A DNA stretch of 64,000 nucleotides from Alphaproteobacteria bacterium (GCA_030740435.1 JASLXG010000071.1:1121-65120), one strand, 5' to 3'; numbered from the stretch's first letter, positions 9,551-22,519 are shown. The notes: generated by a model not told the origin, from the sequence alone. Program-made: numbers and translations.

Positions 9551-11989
9551 CTAGCGCAGGACCCTCGCCGCCAGGCGCTGGCAGGCCACCTCGATCTCGT
9601 AGCGGCCCGAGGCGATGAAGTCGCGGGCCTCGTCGGCGCTGGCCGCGCCGCCGGGAAGCTCGACGTAACCCATGCCGATGGCGCTGCCCACGCTGTGGCC
9701 GTAGGCGCCCGATGTGAGACGGCCGACCAGCGCGCCGTCGCGCCAGATCGGTTCGTTGTGATAGAGCATGGGTCCGGGATCATCGAGAGCGAAAAGCACC
9801 AGGCGCCGCCCGACGCCGCTTTCGCGCTGGCGCAGCAAGGCCTCGCGGCCGACGAAATCGGCCGCCTTGTCGAAGGCCACGGCGAAGCCCAGGCCGGCCT
9901 CCAGCGGCGTGTCCTCGTCGGTGATGTCGTGGCCCCAGTGCTTGTAGCCCTTCTCCAGGTGCAGCGAATCCATGGCGTGAAAGCCGGCGTGAAGCAGGCC
10001 GTGGCCGCGGCCGGCGGCGACGATGACGTCGTAGGCCGAGCGTGCGAATTCGGTCGGCAGGTAGATCTCCCAGCCCAATTCGCCGACGTAGGAAATACGC
10101 ATGGCTGTGGCCAGGGCGTAGCCGATTTCGATCTCGCGATGGTGGCCCCGGGGGAAGGCGGCGTCGTCGAGCGCCGTAGGCGTAAGTTCGGCCAGCAACT
10201 GGCGTGATTTGGGGCCCATCAGGCCGATCACCGCCATTCCCGAACTCACGTCGGTGGCCGTGACCCGGGCCTCGGGCGAGAGCGAGGCCTGGAGCCAGGC
10301 AAAATCCCGCACCTGGCTGGCGGCGGCGCTGACGATCAGGTAGGCGGTTTCGCCAAGGCGCGCCACGGTGAGATCGGCCTCGATGCCGCCGCGCACGTTG
10401 AGCCACTGGGTATAGACCACGCGGCCCGGCGCTACCGCCACGTCGCCGGCGCAAATGCGGCCGAGCTCGGCCTCGGCGTCGGGGCCTTCGAGGCGGAACT
10501 TGGCGAACGAGGTCTGGTCGAAGAGCACCACGCCCTGACGCGCCGCCCGATGTTCGGCGGCCGAATATTCGAACCAGTTCTGGCGGCCGTAGCTGTATTC
10601 GTAGCGCGCATCGGCGCCCTCGGGGGCATACCAGTTGGGTCGCTCCCAGCCCGCCGTTTCGCCGAAACAGGCACCGGCCCGCTCGAGCCTCTCGTGCAGG
10701 GGCGAGGTGCGCACCGGCCGTGCCGTCTCGGGCTGGAGGTAGGGCCAATGCATGGCGTACAAGAAGCCCAGCGCTTCCACCGTGCGGTCGTGCAAATACC
10801 GCCGGTTGCCCTGGAAGGGCAGGCAGCGACGCACGTCGACGTCCCAGAGATCCATCGGCGGGTGGCCATCGACCATCCAGTCGGCCAGCACCCGGCCGGC
10901 ACCGCCGGCGGATTGGATACCGATCGAGTTGAAGCCGGCGGCAACGAAGAAATTGCCCAGCTCGGGCGCCTCGCCGAGCAAATAACGGTCGTCGGGCGTG
11001 AAGCTCTCGGGGCCGTTGAAGAAGAGCTGGATACCGGCCTCGGCCAGCGCCGGCACGCGATTGAGGGCGAGTTCCATGATCGGCTCGAAATGCTCCCAGT
11101 CGTCGGGCAGGTGGCCGAATTCGAAGTTCTCGGGGATGCCGTCCATGCCCCAGGGCTTGGCCACCGGCTCGAAGGCGCCAAAGAGCATCTTGCCGGCATC
11201 TTCCTTGAAGTAGGTGCAGCCGCCGGGATCGCGCAACACCGGCAGTTTGCCGTGCATGCCGTCCATGGACTCGGTGACGACGTAGAAGTGCTCGGCCGCG
11301 TGCAGCGGTACGTTGACGCCGACGCTGGCGGCGATTTCGCGCCCCCACATACCGGCACAGTTGACCACGTATTCGGCCGTGATATCGCCCTGGTCGGTGG
11401 CCACGCCGCTGACCTTTCCCGCCTTCGTGTGAACCGCCCTGACGGCAGTGTTCTCGAATATTCGGGCACCGCCATTGCGGGCCCCGCGGGCCAGGGCTTG
11501 CGTCGTGTCGGTGGGATTGCACTGGCCGTCCTTGGGCAGGAAGACGGCGCCCACCAGGTCGTCGATGTTCAAGAGCGGCCACATGCGGCCGGCTTCGGCC
11601 GGCGTCACCACCTCGACCTCGAGGCCGAAGCAGCGCGCCATGGAGGCGCCGCGCCTGAGCTCCTCGAAGCGTTCTTCGTCGGCCGCCACGGCCAGCGAGC
11701 CGTTCTGCTTGAAGCCGGTGGCCTGTTCGGTCTCGGCCTCCAGCGAGGCGTAGAGCTCGGTGGTGTACTGGGCCAGGCGGGTAAGATTATGGGTGGCGCG
11801 CAACTGGCCGACCAGACCGGCGGCGTGCCAGGTGGTACCCGAGGTCAGGCTCTTGCGCTCCAGCAGCACCACGCCCGACCAGCCCCGCTTGACCAGGTGG
11901 TAGGCCACGGAACAGCCGACGATGCCGCCGCCAATGATGACGACCTGGGCCTGATCGGGAAGTTTGCCTGCCATCACAGCACCATCCAT
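9551..11989 (-). CDS. FAD-dependent dimethylglycine/sarcosine dehydrogenase-like oxidoreductase with C-terminal GcvT folate-binding domain
   Basis: DAO Rossmann motif 'VVIIGGGIVGCS' near the N-terminus and a C-terminal aminomethyltransferase-like half. About 812 aa, as in DMGDH. The start was chosen at the ATG sharing one nt with the upstream stop (TGATG). ATG 11974 is also possible. Confidence 0.85.
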   Translation of the reverse strand: MDGAVMAGKLPDQAQVVIIGGGIVGCSVAYHLVKRGWSGVVLLERKSLTSGTTWHAAGLVGQLRATHNLTRLAQYTTELYASLEAETEQATGFKQNGSLAVAADEERFEELRRGASMARCFGLEVEVVTPAEAGRMWPLLNIDDLVGAVFLPKDGQCNPTDTTQALARGARNGGARIFENTAVRAVHTKAGKVSGVATDQGDITAEYVVNCAGMWGREIAASVGVNVPLHAAEHFYVVTESMDGMHGKLPVLRDPGGCTYFKEDAGKMLFGAFEPVAKPWGMDGIPENFEFGHLPDDWEHFEPIMELALNRVPALAEAGIQLFFNGPESFTPDDRYLLGEAPELGNFFVAAGFNSIGIQSAGGAGRVLADWMVDGHPPMDLWDVDVRRCLPFQGNRRYLHDRTVEALGFLYAMHWPYLQPETARPVRTSPLHERLERAGACFGETAGWERPNWYAPEGADARYEYSYGRQNWFEYSAAEHRAARQGVVLFDQTSFAKFRLEGPDAEAELGRICAGDVAVAPGRVVYTQWLNVRGGIEADLTVARLGETAYLIVSAAASQVRDFAWLQASLSPEARVTATDVSSGMAVIGLMGPKSRQLLAELTPTALDDAAFPRGHHREIEIGYALATAMRISYVGELGWEIYLPTEFARSAYDVIVAAGRGHGLLHAGFHAMDSLHLEKGYKHWGHDITDEDTPLEAGLGFAVAFDKAADFVGREALLRQRESGVGRRLVLFALDDPGPMLYHNEPIWRDGALVGRLTSGAYGHSVGSAIGMGYVELPGGAASADEARDFIASGRYEIEVACQRLAARVLR

Positions 11990-13302
11990 CAAAGCTCGGC
12001 GAGGACGCCGCGCACGATGGAGCAAATCTCCTCGATGTGCGATTCCTCGGCGATCAGCGGCGGCGACAACAGGCAACTATCGCCTGTCATCTTGACGTGC
12101 AGGCCGGCCGCAAAGAGGCGCTTGAGGACTTCCAGGCCGCGCAGCCCCGGCATGGCGGCCGGGGCCAGATCGAAGGCCGCCAGCATGCCATAGCCCCGGA
12201 TGTCGGTGATGATGGAGATGTCCTGAAGAGCGAACACGGCGTCGAGGAAAGCCGGCGAGAGCTTGGCGGCGCGCTCGAAGAGCCCTTCTTTCTCGTAGAT
12301 CTCCATGGTGGCGATGCCGGCCGCACAGGCCGCCGGATGGCCGGAATAGGTGTAGCCGTGGAAAAGTTCGACGGCGTTCTCGGGGGCGGCATCGACGATG
12401 GTGTCGTAAATCCCCTCCTTGACCGCCACGGCACCCATGGGCTGGCTGCCGTTGGTCAAGGCCTTGGCCATGGTGATGATGTCGGGGGTGACGCCGAAGC
12501 TGTCGGCGGCGAAGGCCTGGCCGGTGCGGCCAAAGCCGCAGATCACTTCGTCGAAGACCAAGAGGATGCCGTGCCGGTCGCAGATCTGGCGCAAGCGCTC
12601 GAGATAGCCCACGGGCGGCACCAGAACCCCGGTGGAGCCGGCGATGGGCTCGACGAAGCAGGCGGCGATGGTGTCGTGGCCCTGGAGCTCGACGAAACGC
12701 TGGAGATCGTCGGCCAGTTCGGCGCCGGCCGCCGGCTGGCCTTTGGTAAACCTGTTCTCCTCCAGCCAGGTGTGACGCATGTGGAAGACCCCGGGGAGGC
12801 CAAGCCCGAAGGCCTCACGGTTCTTGACCAGCCCGCCCAGCGCCGTGCCCCCGAGATTGACGCCGTGATAGGCCCGTTCGCGCGATACCAGGCGCTGACG
12901 CTGGCCCTCGCCGCGGGCCCGGTGGTAGGCCAGAGAGATCTTGATCGCCGTATCGATGGCCTCGGAGCCGGAATTGCCGAAAAAGATACGATTGAGCGAT
13001 CCCGGCGTCAGAGCCGCCACCCGGCTGGCCAGTTCAAAGGATGCCGGGTGGCCGGTCTGGAAGTGGGGGCCGTAGTCCATTTCCTCGAGCTGTTTGGTCA
13101 CGGCCTCGGTGATCTCCCGCCGGCCGTGCCCGGCGGCACAGCAAAACAGCCCGGCCACGCCGTCGATCAGCTTCTCGCCCTTGTGGTTCCAGTAATACAT
13201 GCCCTCTCCCCGCACCAGGAGGCGGGGATCGGATTTGAAGTCGCGGTTGCCGGTGAAGGGCATCCAGTGGTGTTCGAGGGTGTTGACGGTGTATTGGGCC
13301 AT
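11989..13302 (-). CDS. Class III PLP aminotransferase (omega-amino acid:pyruvate type)
   Basis: Start at 'MAQYTVNTLEHHWMPFT'. Carries 'DEVICGFGRTG' and the PLP-lysine block 'IITMAKALTNG'. The longer track ORF adds an implausible 84-aa leader. Confidence 0.9.
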   Translation of the reverse strand: MAQYTVNTLEHHWMPFTGNRDFKSDPRLLVRGEGMYYWNHKGEKLIDGVAGLFCCAAGHGRREITEAVTKQLEEMDYGPHFQTGHPASFELASRVAALTPGSLNRIFFGNSGSEAIDTAIKISLAYHRARGEGQRQRLVSRERAYHGVNLGGTALGGLVKNREAFGLGLPGVFHMRHTWLEENRFTKGQPAAGAELADDLQRFVELQGHDTIAACFVEPIAGSTGVLVPPVGYLERLRQICDRHGILLVFDEVICGFGRTGQAFAADSFGVTPDIITMAKALTNGSQPMGAVAVKEGIYDTIVDAAPENAVELFHGYTYSGHPAACAAGIATMEIYEKEGLFERAAKLSPAFLDAVFALQDISIITDIRGYGMLAAFDLAPAAMPGLRGLEVLKRLFAAGLHVKMTGDSCLLSPPLIAEESHIEEICSIVRGVLAEL

Positions 13303-13412
13303 GGTCGACGCCTCATCAAGGGAAGCGGCGGCGCTGCAAGCGCCTAACGTCGCTAAATTGGGCCGATTATATCGCCCGCACCCGGATGCGTCACGAGCCG
13401 GACGTCGGAGGG

Positions 13413-14297
13413 TTAGAGCGCCTCGTACATGTTTACCGCCTTGTTCATGGCGCGCAGCAGCGCAAGATTGCGGGAGGCCACTTCCTGCACCGTCCGCGAG
13501 CTTACGTTTTTGCCCTTGGACACCTCCGCCAACAACGGCACGAACGACAGCCAAAGCCGCTTCACGCGCTCGAGCTGGGCCGCGATCTTCTTGCTTGGCG
13601 GTGGCGGCAATCCCAACTGGGCATCGCCTGCCAGCAATCCGTCGAGCGACGTTTCGAAGAGAGCCGCGGACCTTTTCAGGCTTTTTCTGTTCTTGTCCAT
13701 CTCGAAGCCGTAGGCGATGAGCAGAAATTCCTTGGACATCTTCTGCGTCAGCATGCGCTGGCGGCCGGAAACATTAATGGCTACGGCCAGCGCCGGATCC
13801 ACGCCCTGCCGTTTGGCATTGCCCTGGTATGCACTGACGGTCTCGTCCAGGGCTGCCAGCAAAGGCAGGTTGAACCACGCCACGGCGACCAGTCGCTTGC
13901 CGCTGATGGCGCCCGACCGGATTGTTCTACTGATTGCCGCATCGAATTCGCGCCATAACCCATCCACCTTGCCCAGCAGTTTTAAGATGGCCGGCTTCTT
14001 GGTCGGCGGCAGACCCAATTCGAGATCGCCACGGCGCAGCCCCTTGAGGGTGCGGTCGAAAAGGTTGCGGGTCGCTCTCAGGCTTTTCAGGTTCCTCGCC
14101 TGATCGATCTCGAGGGCGATGAGCAGGAATTCCTTGCTCATCTTCTGGGTCAGCATGCGCTGCTTGCCCGCCAGGTTGATGACCCGGTTATGGTTGGCGC
14201 CGGCCGAGGCCGCGCCAGCAGAACCGCTCAACGAGGCAAATGCCAGCACGGCGGCTGCACAGGCCAATGGCCACCTGGCATTCGGGTTTGCAAACAT
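13413..14297 (-). CDS. Secreted protein with two tandem PilJ/NarX-type (P-box-like) sensor domains
   Basis: Signal peptide 'LACAAAVLAFASLSGSAGA'. Two homologous halves each carry 'G(K/R)QRMLTQKMSKEFLLIA'. No transmembrane or output domain. Confidence 0.75.
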   Translation of the reverse strand: MFANPNARWPLACAAAVLAFASLSGSAGAASAGANHNRVINLAGKQRMLTQKMSKEFLLIALEIDQARNLKSLRATRNLFDRTLKGLRRGDLELGLPPTKKPAILKLLGKVDGLWREFDAAISRTIRSGAISGKRLVAVAWFNLPLLAALDETVSAYQGNAKRQGVDPALAVAINVSGRQRMLTQKMSKEFLLIAYGFEMDKNRKSLKRSAALFETSLDGLLAGDAQLGLPPPPSKKIAAQLERVKRLWLSFVPLLAEVSKGKNVSSRTVQEVASRNLALLRAMNKAVNMYEAL

Positions 14298-14557
14298 CTA
14301 AGGGTCCTTCAGATCATCACTGGTGCTTCCAGGCACGGCTCTATGAAAGCACAATCAGGTTACTGATATATGTCTGGAATCTGCATCTAATCAAACGCCC
14401 TTGGCGGATATGACAGGGAACTCAAGCGGGTATTCGGGCCCCAGGGCCACACAATTACCTTGCCGGCGCCGCAAGATCGCCACGATTGGCCGCCAAATCG
14501 CCACCATCGGCCGTTACTCCTGTCTCCCGGAGACTTCAAGGACACGAGGAGACGGAG

Positions 14558-15451
14558 ATGACCAATTTGCGGCCGATCGCCATCGCCTTGGCGGCACTTA
14601 TTCTTGGCGCCTGCGCCCAGGAATTGACGGCCTTGCGGGAAACCGCGCCAACGGGCTCCGAATTCACGCGCCAATTGACGCGTGAGTACCTTTCCTTTGC
14701 CGAGTTCGAGGCCGAGCAAATGATCGACTGGCCCGACGCCCGGCACTTCGCCGCCAAGGGCCTGCAAACGGCGGCAGGAAGTCCCGTCGAGCCTGAGAAC
14801 CCGGTTGATTGGAACCTGCCCGAACACCAGGTCAAAGGCCTGATCGAGGCCCACCAACGCCTGGTCGAGACCTTGCAAAAGGGCGCCCGGGATCGGCTGC
14901 CCAAGGTCGCCGCAATGGCCCAGGCGCGCTTTGACTGCTGGGTCGAGCAGCAGGAGGAAAACTGGCAGCGCCACCACATCGCGGCCTGCCGCCAGGGCTT
15001 CGACGCGGCCATGGAGCAGCTCGACAAACCCGCCCCGCGCACCATCCATTTCGCTTTCGACAGCGCCACCTTAGAGGCTGCCGATCTCGATCTGCTGGTT
15101 GCCCTGGCCGGCAACACCAGGAAACTCCAAGGGGCTATCGAGGTTGCCGGGCATGCCGATCGGGCCGGCAGCGAGGCCCACAACATGGGGCTCTCGAAAC
15201 GCCGGGCCGCCGCCGTCGGCGCGGTATTGCATGGCCTCGGCATCCCCCGCCAGCGCCTGGCGCTCAGCGCCCACGGCGAGGGCCGGCCCCGCATCGCCAC
15301 GCCCGACGGCACCCGGGAGCGGCGCAACCGGCGGGTCGAAATCACCGTCCTGCCGAAGCCCCGCCAGCCGGGCGCCACGGCAAACCTGACGCCGGGCTCC
15401 GCCGGGGGCACTTTTGCCCCCGTCGGCCAGCTCCTGGCGGCGGCGAACTGA
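14558..15451 (+). CDS. OmpA-family lipoprotein
   Basis: ATG 14558 follows AGGAGACGGAG. Lipobox 'LILGAC'. C-terminal OmpA-like peptidoglycan-binding block 'GHADRAGSEAHNMGLSKRRA'. Confidence 0.85.
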   Translation: MTNLRPIAIALAALILGACAQELTALRETAPTGSEFTRQLTREYLSFAEFEAEQMIDWPDARHFAAKGLQTAAGSPVEPENPVDWNLPEHQVKGLIEAHQRLVETLQKGARDRLPKVAAMAQARFDCWVEQQEENWQRHHIAACRQGFDAAMEQLDKPAPRTIHFAFDSATLEAADLDLLVALAGNTRKLQGAIEVAGHADRAGSEAHNMGLSKRRAAAVGAVLHGLGIPRQRLALSAHGEGRPRIATPDGTRERRNRRVEITVLPKPRQPGATANLTPGSAGGTFAPVGQLLAAAN

Positions 15452-15545
15452 AGCCGCCGCCAGAAGCGCCGATTGACGGCTGTGATCCCAGAAGTTAGGA
15501 ATTCGGGACGGGCAATCGGCCCGTCCCAACAGCCGAGGTTACATC

Positions 15546-16724
15546 ATGTCCGAGGCCGCCCAGAGCAACGAAACCGTCGAAGCGTTGCGCGACGAATTGG
15601 TCGAATGGCGTCAGGATTTCCACCGCCATCCCGAACTCGCCTTCGAAGAGGTCAGGACTTCCAAGATCGTCGCCGAAAAGCTCGAGAGCTTCGGCCTCGA
15701 GGTCGAGCGCGGCCTGGCCGGCACCGGCGTCGTCGGCACCCTGCGGCTGGGCTCGTCGCCGCGCACCATCGGCTTGCGCGCCGATATGGATGCGCTGCCG
15801 ATCGTTGAGGCCAACGATTTCGGCCATCGCTCCGTCAACGAGGGCAAGATGCACGCCTGCGGCCACGACGGCCACACCGCCATGTTGCTCGGTGCCGCCA
15901 AATACCTGGCGCGAAGCCAAAGGTTCGACGGCACCATCCAATTCTTCTTCCAGCCGGCCGAGGAAAACGAGGGCGGTGCCCGGGTGATGATCGAAGAGGG
16001 GCTGTTTGAGCGCTTCCCGGTAGACGAGGTCTACGGCCTGCATAACATGCCCAAGCTGCCAGTGGGCTCGTTCGCCGTGCGCCAGGGCCCCATCATGGCC
16101 GCCTTCGACACCTTCGAGGCTGTCATCACCGGCCGCGGCACCCACGCCGCCATGCCCCACACCGGCATCGATCCGGTTCCCATCGCCGCCCAGGCCGTGC
16201 AGGCCTTCCAGACCGTCGTCTCGCGCAACGTCGATCCCCTGGAAGGAGCCGTCATCTCGGTCACCCAGATGACGGCCGGCGAGACCTTCAACGTGATTCC
16301 CGACAGCGTCACACTGCGCGGCTGTACCCGCAGCCTGGAGCCCGCTGTCCAGGATCTGATCGAGGCCGCCATGGAACGCGTGCTGGCGGGCATCTCGGCC
16401 GCCCACGACGCCAGCCACGAATTGGTCTATAAGCGCGGCTATCCGGCAACCATCAACAGCCACCAGGAAACCGCCCACGCCATCGCCGCCGCCCGGGCCG
16501 TGGCCGGGGACGACAACGTCGTGGTCGACACGCCGCCGCTGATGGGATCGGAAGATTTCGCCTTCATGTTGCAAAAGCGGCCGGGCTGTTATCTTTTCAT
16601 CGGCAACGGCGACGGCGAGGGCAGCTGCATGGTTCACAACGCCGGCTACGACTTCAACGACGAGATCCTGACGCAGGGCGTGCGCTACTGGGTGGAATTG
16701 GCCGAGGAGCGCCTGGCGCCATGA
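15546..16724 (+). CDS. M20 family amidohydrolase (hippurate hydrolase / N-acyl-L-amino acid amidohydrolase type)
   Basis: 392 aa with 'HACGHDGH' and 'FQPAEE' metal-binding blocks. The stop overlaps the purB start (ATGA). Confidence 0.9.
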   Translation: MSEAAQSNETVEALRDELVEWRQDFHRHPELAFEEVRTSKIVAEKLESFGLEVERGLAGTGVVGTLRLGSSPRTIGLRADMDALPIVEANDFGHRSVNEGKMHACGHDGHTAMLLGAAKYLARSQRFDGTIQFFFQPAEENEGGARVMIEEGLFERFPVDEVYGLHNMPKLPVGSFAVRQGPIMAAFDTFEAVITGRGTHAAMPHTGIDPVPIAAQAVQAFQTVVSRNVDPLEGAVISVTQMTAGETFNVIPDSVTLRGCTRSLEPAVQDLIEAAMERVLAGISAAHDASHELVYKRGYPATINSHQETAHAIAAARAVAGDDNVVVDTPPLMGSEDFAFMLQKRPGCYLFIGNGDGEGSCMVHNAGYDFNDEILTQGVRYWVELAEERLAP

Positions 16725-18019
16725 TCCCGCGCTACAGCAGGCCCGAGATGGTCGCCATTTGGGAGCCCGAAAGCCGCTTTCAAATCTGGCTCGATATCGA
16801 GACCTTTGCCTGCGAGGCCCAGGCCGAATTGGGCGTCATCCCGGCCCAGGCCGCCGAGGCCGTGCGCCAAAAAGGCGCCTTCGAAATCGCCCGCATCGAC
16901 GAGATCGAACGTGAAACCAAGCACGATGTCATCGCCTTTTTGACCAATCTGGCCGAGCATGTGGGCGAGCCCGCCCGCTTCGTCCACCAGGGCATGACCT
17001 CGTCCGACGTCCTGGACACCTGCCTGGCTGTGCAGCTCACGCGCGCCTCGGACATCCTGCTGGCCAACCTCGACGAGTTGCTATTGGTCCTGAAACGGCG
17101 CGCCATCGAGCACAAGGACACGGTTTGCATAGGCCGCAGCCACGGCATCCACGCCGAACCCACCACCTTCGGCCTCAAGCTGGCCCAGGCCTATGCCGAA
17201 TTCGAACGCAACCGCCAGCGCCTGGTGACGGCCCGGGCCGAGATCTCCACCTGTGCCATTTCCGGCGCCGTCGGCAGCTTCGCCAACATCGATCCCCGGG
17301 TCGAGGAATACGTCGCATCCAAGCTCGGCCTGGCGCCCGAGCCAATCTCGACCCAGGTCATTCCTCGCGACCGCCACGCCGCCTTTTTCGCCGCGCTGGG
17401 CGTCATCGCCTCGTCGATCGAGCGCCTGGCCACCGAGATCCGCCACCTGCAGCGTAGCGAGGTGCGCGAGGCGGAGGAGTTCTTTTCCCAGGGCCAGAAG
17501 GGCTCTTCGGCCATGCCCCACAAGCGCAACCCGATCCTCACCGAGAACCTCACCGGACTGGCCCGCGTGGTGCGGGCCGCCGTGGTGCCGGCGCTGGAGA
17601 ACGTGGCGCTTTGGCACGAACGCGACATCTCGCATTCCTCGGTGGAACGCATGTTCGGGCCCGATGCCACGGTGACGCTGGACTTCGCCCTGGCGCGCCT
17701 CAGCGGCGTCATCGACAAGCTGCTGGTCTACCCCGAAGCCATGCAGCAAAACCTCGAGAGCCTGCACGGCTTGATCCATTCCCAGCGCGTCCTGCTGGCC
17801 TTGACCCAGGCCGGCACGAGCCGCGAAGAGGCCTACCTCATCGTCCAGGAAAACGCCCTGCGGGTGTGGCAGGAAGGGGCCGATTTCCAGACCCTGCTGG
17901 AGGCCGACGAGCGCGTCGGCAAATCCCTTCCGGCGGCCGATTTGGCGGCGCTTTTCGACCTCGGCTATCATACCGCCCAGGTCGACACCATTTTCCGGCG
18001 GGTCTTCGGGGAGTTTTAG
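16721..18019 (+). CDS. purB: Adenylosuccinate lyase
   Basis: 432 aa with the fumarate-lyase signature 'GSSAMPHKRNP' and N-terminus 'MIPRYSRPEM'. Confidence 0.95.
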   Translation: MIPRYSRPEMVAIWEPESRFQIWLDIETFACEAQAELGVIPAQAAEAVRQKGAFEIARIDEIERETKHDVIAFLTNLAEHVGEPARFVHQGMTSSDVLDTCLAVQLTRASDILLANLDELLLVLKRRAIEHKDTVCIGRSHGIHAEPTTFGLKLAQAYAEFERNRQRLVTARAEISTCAISGAVGSFANIDPRVEEYVASKLGLAPEPISTQVIPRDRHAAFFAALGVIASSIERLATEIRHLQRSEVREAEEFFSQGQKGSSAMPHKRNPILTENLTGLARVVRAAVVPALENVALWHERDISHSSVERMFGPDATVTLDFALARLSGVIDKLLVYPEAMQQNLESLHGLIHSQRVLLALTQAGTSREEAYLIVQENALRVWQEGADFQTLLEADERVGKSLPAADLAALFDLGYHTAQVDTIFRRVFGEF

Positions 18020-18345
18020 CCCGCGCTCTCGTTATCGATCTGCTCGCGGGCCTCGTCGAGCAGACCCTCCATCTGGTTGCGCAAACGGTGTTCCGAGACA
18101 TCGGCGTCGGCAGCGCTGAGATCGGCCGAAACCTTTTCGAAAACGTCCTCGTCGCCGGGCCGGTCGAAGTCGGACTTGACCACCTCGAGGGCGTAGGCCT
18201 TGGCATCGTCGCCGGCCAGGCCGAGAAATTCCGCCGCCCACAAGCCCAACAGCTTGTTGCGCCGGGCATTGGCCTTGAATTCGAATTCCTGATCACGGGC
18301 AAACTTCGCCTCGTGGGCCTTCTTGCGTTTGTCAAAGCTGGTCAT
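18016..18345 (-). CDS. DUF1476 protein (alphaproteobacterial F1-ATPase inhibitor zeta-subunit family)
   Basis: Start at 'MTSFDKRKKAHEAKFARDQEFEFKANARRNKL'. About 109 aa. Placement next to purC is common in Alphaproteobacteria. Confidence 0.8.
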   Translation of the reverse strand: MTSFDKRKKAHEAKFARDQEFEFKANARRNKLLGLWAAEFLGLAGDDAKAYALEVVKSDFDRPGDEDVFEKVSADLSAADADVSEHRLRNQMEGLLDEAREQIDNESAG

Positions 18346-18570
18346 GCCGCCCGAATCCCCTGAAATAATGGCGGCCCCAGGCATAGCCCCTCGAGGGGCC
18401 GGAATCAACCGTCCATCGGCAGCCCAGGCTGTGCCCCGGCGGCGGCTGCAAATCGTTGTAAGGCGAGAGCAATTCGGTTATGGTCCGCTCGTCAATTCGC
18501 GGGCCGCCGAGGGCGCCCGCCGCCCCGGGCTCGCCCCAGGCGCTCCCTCAAGACAATCCGGACAAATTTC

Positions 18571-19335
18571 ATGTCGCGCCGCAGACAGATCTATGAAGGC
18601 AAGGCCAAGGTGCTGTTCGAAGGGCCCGAGCCCGGCACCTTGGTGCAGTATTTCAAGGACGACGCCAGCGCCTTCAACAACCAGAAACGCGGCACCATCA
18701 CCGGCAAGGGCGTGCTCAACAACCGCATCTCGGAATACCTGATGATGCGCATCGCTGAGATCGGCATCCCGACCCATTTCGTGCGCCGCCTCAATATGCG
18801 CGAGCAGCTCGTCAAGGAGGTCGAGATCATCCCCATCGAGGTGATCGTGCGCAACGTCGCCGCCGGTGCCTTTTCCGAGCGCCTGGGCATCGCCGAGGGC
18901 ACGGTTCTGCCGCGCTCGATCGTCGAGTTCTGCCTCAAGTCGGACGAGCTCGGCGATCCCCTGATCACCGAGGAGCACATCACCGCCTTCGGCTGGGCGG
19001 CACCCCACGAGATCGATGAAATGATGTCCATGAGCCTGCGCATCAACGACTTTCTCTCCGGCGTCTTTCTCGGCATCGGCATCAAGCTGGTCGACTTCAA
19101 GCTCGAGTTCGGCCGCTATTTCGACAACGAAGAGCAGCGCACCATCCTGGCCGACGAAATCAGCCCCGATAATTGCCGGCTGTGGGACCTGCAAACCAAC
19201 GAGAAGATGGACAAGGACCGCTTCCGCCGCGATCTTGGCGGCGCCGCCGAAGCCTACCAGGAAGTGGCCCGCCGGCTCGGTATCATGCCCGAGTCCGGGC
19301 CCCGCGACTTCCAGGGCCCGACGGTGATGCAATAG
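18571..19335 (+). CDS. purC: SAICAR synthetase
   Basis: 254 aa. '[25 protein letters not shown]' is the typical PurC N-terminus. Confidence 0.95.
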   Translation: MSRRRQIYEGKAKVLFEGPEPGTLVQYFKDDASAFNNQKRGTITGKGVLNNRISEYLMMRIAEIGIPTHFVRRLNMREQLVKEVEIIPIEVIVRNVAAGAFSERLGIAEGTVLPRSIVEFCLKSDELGDPLITEEHITAFGWAAPHEIDEMMSMSLRINDFLSGVFLGIGIKLVDFKLEFGRYFDNEEQRTILADEISPDNCRLWDLQTNEKMDKDRFRRDLGGAAEAYQEVARRLGIMPESGPRDFQGPTVMQ

Positions 19336-19347
19336 CGGTTTTCTGCG

Positions 19348-19617
19348 GTGTTGGCTCGGGTTCACGTGACGCTGAAGAAGGGGGTCCTTGACCCCCAGGG
19401 CAAGGCCATCGCCCGGGCCCTGGAGGCCCTTGGCTTCAGTGGCGTGGAGGGCGTCCGCCAGGGCAAGTACATCGAACTGGACCTAACCGACACGGATGCC
19501 GGCGAGGCCCGTCAACGGGTCGAGGAGATGTGCGGCAAATTGCTCGCCAACACCGTCATCGAGGACTATTCCATCGAGGTCGAGGCTGGGGCCGGGGGGA
19601 CCGCCCGGCGGCCATGA
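19348..19617 (+). CDS. purS: FGAM synthase subunit PurS
   Basis: 89 aa with '[19 protein letters not shown]'. GTG/TTG start. The stop overlaps the purQ ATG. Confidence 0.9.
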   Translation: MLARVHVTLKKGVLDPQGKAIARALEALGFSGVEGVRQGKYIELDLTDTDAGEARQRVEEMCGKLLANTVIEDYSIEVEAGAGGTARRP

Positions 19618-20299
19618 AGTCCGTCGTCATCATCTTTCCCGGCAGCAATCGCGACAGCGACGTTTGCTACGCCCTGGCGCAGGTCAGTGGCCGGCCACCG
19701 GCGACGGTTTGGCATCGCGACACCGAGCTTCCGGATTGCGATCTGATCGTGCTGCCCGGCGGCTTCTCCTACGGCGACTATCTGCGTTCCGGCGCCATGG
19801 CCGCAGGCTCACCCATCATGCGCCAGGTGGTGGCTCGGGCCACAACCGGCGTGGCCGTGCTGGGCATCTGCAACGGTTTTCAGACCCTCACCGAAGCGGG
19901 CCTCCTGCCCGGCGCCCTGATGCCCAACCGCGACCTCAAGTTCATCTGCCGCAACGTCCACCTACAGGCCGGGGCCGGCCGCGGCCCCTTCGCTGGTGGT
20001 TATGCCGAAGGCCAGGTGATCTCGATCCCAGTAGCCCACCACGACGGCAATTATTTCGCCGACCCAGAGACGCTCGACGAGTTGGAGGGCGAGGGCCGCG
20101 TTGCCTTCCGCTACTGCGATGCCGAGGGCGGCGTGGCCGCGAGCAGCAATCCCAACGGCTCGGCCCGCTCCATCGCCGGCATCTTCAACACTGCTGGCAA
20201 CGTGCTGGGCCTGATGCCGCACCCGGAGAACCACATCGAAGAGGCTCAGGGCTCGAGCGACGGCCGGGCGCTGTTCGAGAATCTGGCCCGGAGCCTGGC

Positions 20300-20303
<4 letters not shown>
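19614..20303 (+). CDS. purQ: FGAM synthase glutaminase subunit PurQ
   Basis: Start at '[16 protein letters not shown]'. Nucleophile block 'GICNGFQ' and 'MPHPE'. Confidence 0.95.

Positions 20304-22519
<2,216 letters not shown>

Noticed and set aside
9780-12193. 600-aa (minus) and 547-aa (plus) ORFs overlapping the DMGDH-like gene
   Set aside because: These are out-of-frame or antisense shadows of a well-supported 812-aa FAD/GcvT enzyme. They translate as Arg/Pro/Gly-rich sequence.
19496-20299. N-terminal 268-aa extension of purL in the 1007-aa track ORF
   Set aside because: This part is an alternative frame across purS and purQ. GTG 20300, overlapping the purQ stop, gives a canonical 739-aa PurL.
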